A DNA stretch of 64,000 nt, taken from Amoebophrya sp. A120. Lineage: Eukaryota > Protista > Dinoflagellata. Below the pieces are notes generated by a model that saw nothing but the letters and a program-made list of their open reading frames with translations, did no database searches and was not told the DNA's origin. Position numbers and translations under genes: made by a program. The stretch is taken from positions 4,215,253-4,279,252 of the forward strand of contig CAJINV010000003.1 in NCBI GenBank assembly GCA_905178155.1. The letters are read 5' to 3'. Shown one piece after another: positions 58,501 through 64,000 of the stretch (position 1 is the first letter of the stretch; the number at the start of each line of letters is the position of its first letter).

Positions 58501-61500
58501 AATGTAGGTCCCGCTTTTCAGTTGACGTCAATCGACGGGGCGTGGCTTGCTCAATCAATTCCTGTACGACAAGGCCAGCGGGATTCACCGCTTCTATATC
58601 TATTGTGTTTACCGATTTCTTCTCGTCCTTCCTCCTCATCTGTGCAGCAGGAGGTTGTGCGAGCTGACGTCGCAGATCGATCTTCTCCTTAACGTATTCC
58701 GGCGGGGTTCCAGTATCAAGCTCTTTGAGCTCAACTTTCCACTGTGGTATGCTAGTGCCGTCGCGGGTGTCGGCCCACTGCTGCACCCTTTGTATCGTGG
58801 CCTGTGCGATGTTGCCTCTCTCGTCTTCGAGCTTTTGCATCAATCGGTTTGCCGCGGGAGTGCTGTTGTCTTCGTCCGGTCGAAAGCGAAACGTTATGAG
58901 AATGATTTTCTCATTATCTGGGGGCGTGCCGCCATCATCCTGGTACTGCAAATCGTCTATCTGGGATTCCGTGATCTCCGCCCAGTTCTGAAACGGACGG
59001 AGCATAGCCGCCTTGAAGAGTTGCGTCTGCCTTATGGTTACGATTGCCACGTTTGCCGGTTGCGCTGCTCCGCCTCTTAGTCGCCACTGGTACGTGGCTT
59101 TCACGGCCATGTAAAAATTTGCTGCACCTGCGCCGCCACCGGCGGGAGCAGGGGTCGGATCCGGACCGGCTGGAGCAGGGGTCGGATCGGGCTTCCCCGC
59201 GTCTGGAGCAGGAGTAGGATCGGGCTTCCCCGCGTCCGGACCGGCTGGCGCAGGAGTCGGATCGGGTTTCCCCGCGTCTGGACCGGCTGGAGAGGGGTTT
59301 GGATTGGGTTTCCCCGCGTCGGGACCGGCGGGAGAGGGGTTCGGATCGGGTTTTCCCGCGTCCGGATTGGCGGCAGGAGATTCGGGCTCACGGTCCGTGC
59401 CGGCCGCCGGACGAACCGGGCGTTGAGTTGGGTCGGCATAGTCGTAGCCAGGCTTCATCGCGTTGGGGTCGCTGTAATCCGGATAAAGGTTGGCCGGATC
59501 GTCCTTGTAGTCGGTCCCTGGCATCTGTGGGTCCGCAACGCCGGGGAACGGCAGCGGCATGTTGTTGTACCCACCAGCCGGCATTAATGCACCAACCTGC
59601 GGTCGGGGCATTTCCACTTCCGGTTCCTTCAGCTTGCCCATTTCGAGCAGGGAAACTTTAATCGTCTCCACTTTGTCAAAACCCTTCTTTAACCTCTTCT
59701 GCACCTCATCCGGGTTATTCGTCATAGCTTTCGTCATCTTCTTGGCCATTTCTTCCGCGTCTTCTTGCGAATCTTGGACAACCTCCATAATGAATTCCAC
59801 CTTCATCTCCATGCTTCCCGAGAGCTGCCGCTGAGCCGAAGATGGATCGTTAATCTCGAAAATTTTTTCAGATGTTGGAGCCGCGTGAAGTAGATGTGAT
59901 CCAGCAACACTCTTTTGTTCCTCCTCGTCGAGAGAACGTCGTTGCCGTGCCGGGACCACATTGATGCCGGTGACCGTAACCTGATGCGGTGGAATTCCCA
60001 TGGTAGCCGCGAGGGAGCTCTGAAACGCGGGCACAAACTCCGGATCTTGCATCAGCTGCGCGCCCGTGGTCCCCGCAGGCAGTTTCATTTTCATTCCCAA
60101 CGCGGTCTTTATCACCGGGCTCGTGTGTACGATGGCTCCGCTCGCCGTCGTGATCTTGCCGCCCCCGCAGAAGGGCGGCGGATTGTCCACGAGACATGCT
60201 TGATCGATACCACCTCCCGCCTGCGTTTCCCGATCCCCCTCTTGCTCCTCGACGCTCTCCTGCATCAAACTGGTGTCCACGTAGGCGGAGGCGGTCGCCA
60301 GCGACGCGGACTGGAAGGCCGCCGCCGTCACCTCGGAGACCCCCAGCGTTTCCACCAGCGTCCCCACCGGTCGGTCCGTAACCAACGGGCAATCGAGCTC
60401 GATCACCTCCCAGAGGTACCGCATGTACGTCGGGGCCTGCAACCGCGTGCCGTTGAAGGAAGCGGACTGGTACATGTTCTCGCGGACCGACGTCGGAAGC
60501 CCGGTGGCAAAGTCGCAGTACCCGTATTTGGCCGGCTGCGCCTTGATCTGCCCACAAGTCGGGGGCAGCTCCCCCTCCGGGAGTTCGGGGACCTTCACGA
60601 CCACGTTGTTTCCCTTCGGGCAATTGATGTTCACGGACACAGTGGACGTCGGGTCGTCCAGCCGCTCCTCCACGTACAGCTGCGGAATACCGCGGTCGCC
60701 CATGCAGTCCCAATCCGGACGCCCGCAGTTGCAGTCGCAGATGCCGTCCGCCCACTGCTCGGGCTGGCAGATCCACGGCGTGACGCGGTCGTCCCCGAGG
60801 GTCCCGGTCGTCGGGTCGATCGAAGGAAACAGCCACTGGTACGCCTTCTTGATCTTGCGCACCTCCATGGGCGCGGTGGAAGAGGCGTCGTTGGCGCTGC
60901 CGCGCACGAGGAGCCGCATGTTCGAGTTTGGAGGGACCAACTGCTCGTTGGAAAACCCCGCCGCATTCACGACAAGCAGCCCGTCGTGGAGTCCGTCGCA
61001 AAAGATGGACGTCCTTCCCCTATACTCGACGCCGTCCGGGCCTACACCGGGAGACCCAGTGGCGGTGGACCAGTCGCACCACGGTTTTTCGGCCTGCACC
61101 GCTTGGAATTCCGAGAGGGTGGTGAAGTCCGCTTTTGCCGGGGTCTGGTCGTTGTTCTCGTTGAAACTGGGAAATCCAGCGGGCGTGTAGGCGAGGTCCT
61201 TGATCTCGGCGATTCGCGGGTGCGTCGCGAGCGCCGGCTTGAAGTACGTGTCCAAAAATTTCTCGCGCTTTTGCGCGGCCAACGCGAGTGCGCGACCGGA
61301 AGCATGCCGCTGGAGATCAATGACAAGGCGAATAGTATGTTCCGGCGAAGCGGATGTCAACTCTCGTGGCTTGTTCGGGTTGCCTCCCGGATTTGCTGGT
61401 GGCGGCATCCCGCCCAAGCCCGGTGGCATCCCTGGTATTTTCATCTTACCTGCAGCCATGTCGGCCTGACTAACGGAAACCATCTGGCCCGTGAGAGGAT

Positions 61501-64000
61501 CGTATATTTCTTGCACCCCAAAACCACCGGAGTCCGCGAAAGCTTGCACGGTCAAATCAGTCGGCGGCACCGCTGGAGAAACCCCCAGTTCAGCGCTGGC
61601 GTCCGAAAACGCCTGTTGTACCGTCTGCACGAAACTGGGATGCCCAACAAACTCCGCCGGCGAAACGTCTGCCGGAGTCAGTGTCAGTAGCACCTGCAAT
61701 TCACAGCTAAAATCGTACGCCATGGTGATGGTACTTGTTTCGGAGAGCCGGCGGGCTCCAAGATGTTGGTCGGTGCTCGAAGAGAATGATGCAGTGGCAG
61801 GGCTGCTGGACTTTTTGCTCAACAGCCGCGTTGCAGCCTCGGCCTGCTCCTCCTCGTCTAGCAGCTCCTCCTCGGAGTCGACCTCATCCACGTGCCCCGG
61901 ACCAGGCGTGTACAGCAGCTTTCTTCGCCGTTCTTCGCGCCGGAGCTGCCGGCGAGTTACCGGCTCTAGTGCCGCAACCTCCAAAACTCGGAAATGCTCA
62001 GTGTCGTCCACCAAGGGATTCTTCGGGTGCTGACTTGATACGTCATCGTACTCATTACCGTTCAGCAGGTTCCGGATTTCCGTGTTTTGTCGCAGCGCTT
62101 TTGAAATCGCCGTCCTAAACGTCATTGTGGGAAACGAGTTTGGCGGGAGGACCGCATCTACGAAGTTCGGCAACGAGTACCACTTGCGGAGCGTGAAGCG
62201 AATTTCGAGGTTGGCTGCCCGCTTCGAGAGATCTTCGGTGTAGGTGAGCGCCGGATTGGGGTTTCCGCCTACCGTGAAAGGGACGGTGCTGAGCTGAACC
62301 TCCGCAACATCCGGACTCGTCACGCCCGCCGCATTCGGCATGCCGAAGGCGTTCGCCAGGCCCTCTGCGAGGGCCTCCTTGACCCCATTCACCTGCATCA
62401 GACCGATGTTTTGGGGCGTGCCGCCTCCGGTGCCGCCGACTTGCACGCCGTCGTTGACCGTCCAAGCCTGATTCGGATCCAGTTGTCCACTCGCACCGTT
62501 CCACGTGGAAGCTGGAGGCGTCTGCAGGTACAGAAACATGCGATACGTCTTTTGCGTCACCCTGCAAGCCGTGGTGTACGGGGTCTGGTAGAAATCCGTG
62601 AAGCAGTTCGTTGCACCAGGGATACTGTTCGACGAGGAGTCCGCGAAGTACAAATTTCTCGCCGGTTCCGTCGCCGCGGCCGCCATCTCCTGGTTTGGAT
62701 AGAAGTACCGGTAAAGCGACACATCCTCCGACGGTACGTTTGCCGTGTACTGTCTCGACAGAATACCCCGAACACCAGCGGATTTTAGCCCCACGGGGTA
62801 GTTGTTCACGTCCAAGCGCTGCCGCTTCGGCGACGCCCGCGCGCACGACTGCACTGTGCTCACACTCAAAGTCGTCAGACCGAGGTTTTCCACAGCCTCG
62901 TCCGTCGCATTGCTCGAGTTTGTGCTGTTGTCCTCATCGCTAGAGGATAAAAACCGTCGCTGAAACAAATTCTGTTCTACTTGGGCCGCCGCTGGCGCTT
63001 GTAAAGTAGAGTACCACGAGGACGATAACCCCAACGTCGCATCCTCCTCCCCCGTACCAAAGCCTGGCTCCGAATCGTCAAGTGGGGGAAGTCCGAGTCT
63101 TTCCCGCTTGATCTCCAGCAGCTGCCGCCTGCTCGAGCCAGCCGAAGAGGAGCTGCTCGACGAACTGGTCGAAGAGTCTTCGCTGCTCTCCGCCTTCACG
63201 TTCGATCCCGTACGGATCACGATCTCGGAACTGTCTATCTGGATTCGGTAGGGCCCCGTGTTAGAAAACGGCTTAGTGTCGTCGTCCAACTGCATCACCA
63301 TGTCGGCGTAATCTCCAGTCATGCTACTGGCCATCTGCCCGGTCGCGTGGTGCTTGTAGCGAAACGCGAGACCGTTCGCCATGATGTGCAGCACCTGCGT
63401 CTTCTTCTCTGCGTTCACCTTCTCCGACTTGATCGCAGTTACCAGCTCGTGGATGCCCATGCCCTGGTCCAGCTCCACGGTGAAGTTGCTCTCGTTTAGG
63501 GCTTTCACGGGGAAGCCGGCCTTCGGCCCTAAGCTGGCCTTCACAATCCGGTAGCGGTCGATGATGGAAGCAATGGTGGCGTTGCCGGAGGAACCGTAGG
63601 TCTGAATGGTCGTCGGGTCCAGCGCCATGACTTCACTAGCCGGAATGTCGCCGTCCGGCCGGTATTGACAAACGTACTCGTTCTTCTCGTTTCGGTTCGT
63701 CCGTCCGGAGTACAGCTCGTCGTACGGGCAGACCTGGCACTGGTTGCCGTTGGCCGCGTATCCTCTGCAAAAGTATCGTATTCGTAAGGCAATCATGCAT
63801 TACAAATCTTTTCATTAAGTCAAATCCGCATTACAAATTTTATTTCTCATGCTGAGAAAATTTGTAATGCATTTATACGATTACGATACTTTTGCAGTTC
63901 ATACCGCGCGAAACTCCGTGGCGTGGCCAAAGTACCCGTGCAGAATGACGTCGCCGGGCATGTTCATGCGCTCGCACGGCTCGGACACCGCCACCTCGGA
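55568..64000 (-). CDS. Giant (>2750 aa, 5' end outside window) membrane-anchored surface protein
   Basis: 2742-aa ORF plus an upstream exon (64000-63904, SEVAVSEPC...HATEFRA) joined through introner F. WADGICDCNCGRPDWDC Cys motif, SEA-like segments, Pro-rich repeats, and one TM FLAFVGAYIGYIGMVAAFLTMW followed by an acidic tail. Confidence 0.8.
59140..59375 (-). repeat. Coding tandem repeat, ~42-bp unit (PAGPDAGKPDP(T/N)P(A/S))
   Basis: About 5-6 imperfect copies of GPDAGKP(D/N)PxP in the giant ORF. Confidence 0.85.
63759..63903. mobile_element. Introner F: TAT...ATA MITE-like element acting as a non-canonical intron
   Basis: 28-bp TIRs 63759-63786 / 63876-63903 (24/28). Perfect TSD CCGCG 63754-63758 / 63904-63908. 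Removing 150 nt gives HATEFRA-ANGNQCQVC and removes an in-frame TGA. Confidence 0.92.

Noticed and set aside
4223-63792. Many long plus-strand and alternate-frame ORFs (e.g. 4223-5431, 16137-17222, 47498-48604, 59915-61690)
   Set aside because: They are antisense shadows of GC3-rich minus-strand genes and show no domain motifs.
1-64000. Stop-codon reassignment; rRNA or tRNA genes; autonomous transposase
   Set aside because: Conserved genes read through without in-frame stops once introns are removed and end at standard stops. I recognised no rRNA, tRNA or transposase ORF by eye; tRNAscan-SE/Infernal were not run.

Overview
Gene-dense eukaryotic DNA. All ~13 protein-coding loci lie on the minus strand, with long low-complexity ORFs and short introns. 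This organisation points to a syndinian/dinoflagellate-lineage parasite such as Amoebophrya (inference from architecture, no database search). Recognisable products: DUS1-type tRNA-dihydrouridine synthase, a divergent PCNA-family clamp, a triple-KH RNA-binding protein, a RING/Zn-finger protein, a 2OG-Fe(II) oxygenase, an SGNH-type hydrolase, a ~3850-aa multi-PDZ-like protein and a >2700-aa membrane-anchored protein. The main signal is six different MITE-like elements (145-374 bp) inside coding exons. Each begins TAT, ends ATA, has 28-70 bp terminal inverted repeats, a 5-bp target-site duplication (TSD) and several copies of GCAWNACAA. Removing the element plus one TSD restores the reading frame in 6/6 cases, and none of these six exact excisions has a GT-AG register, so they look like transposon-derived non-canonical introns (introners). 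A GC-rich 92-bp tandem array (~17 copies) contains a segment resembling the dinoflagellate spliced leader. Exon models were built by hand and need RNA-seq confirmation.
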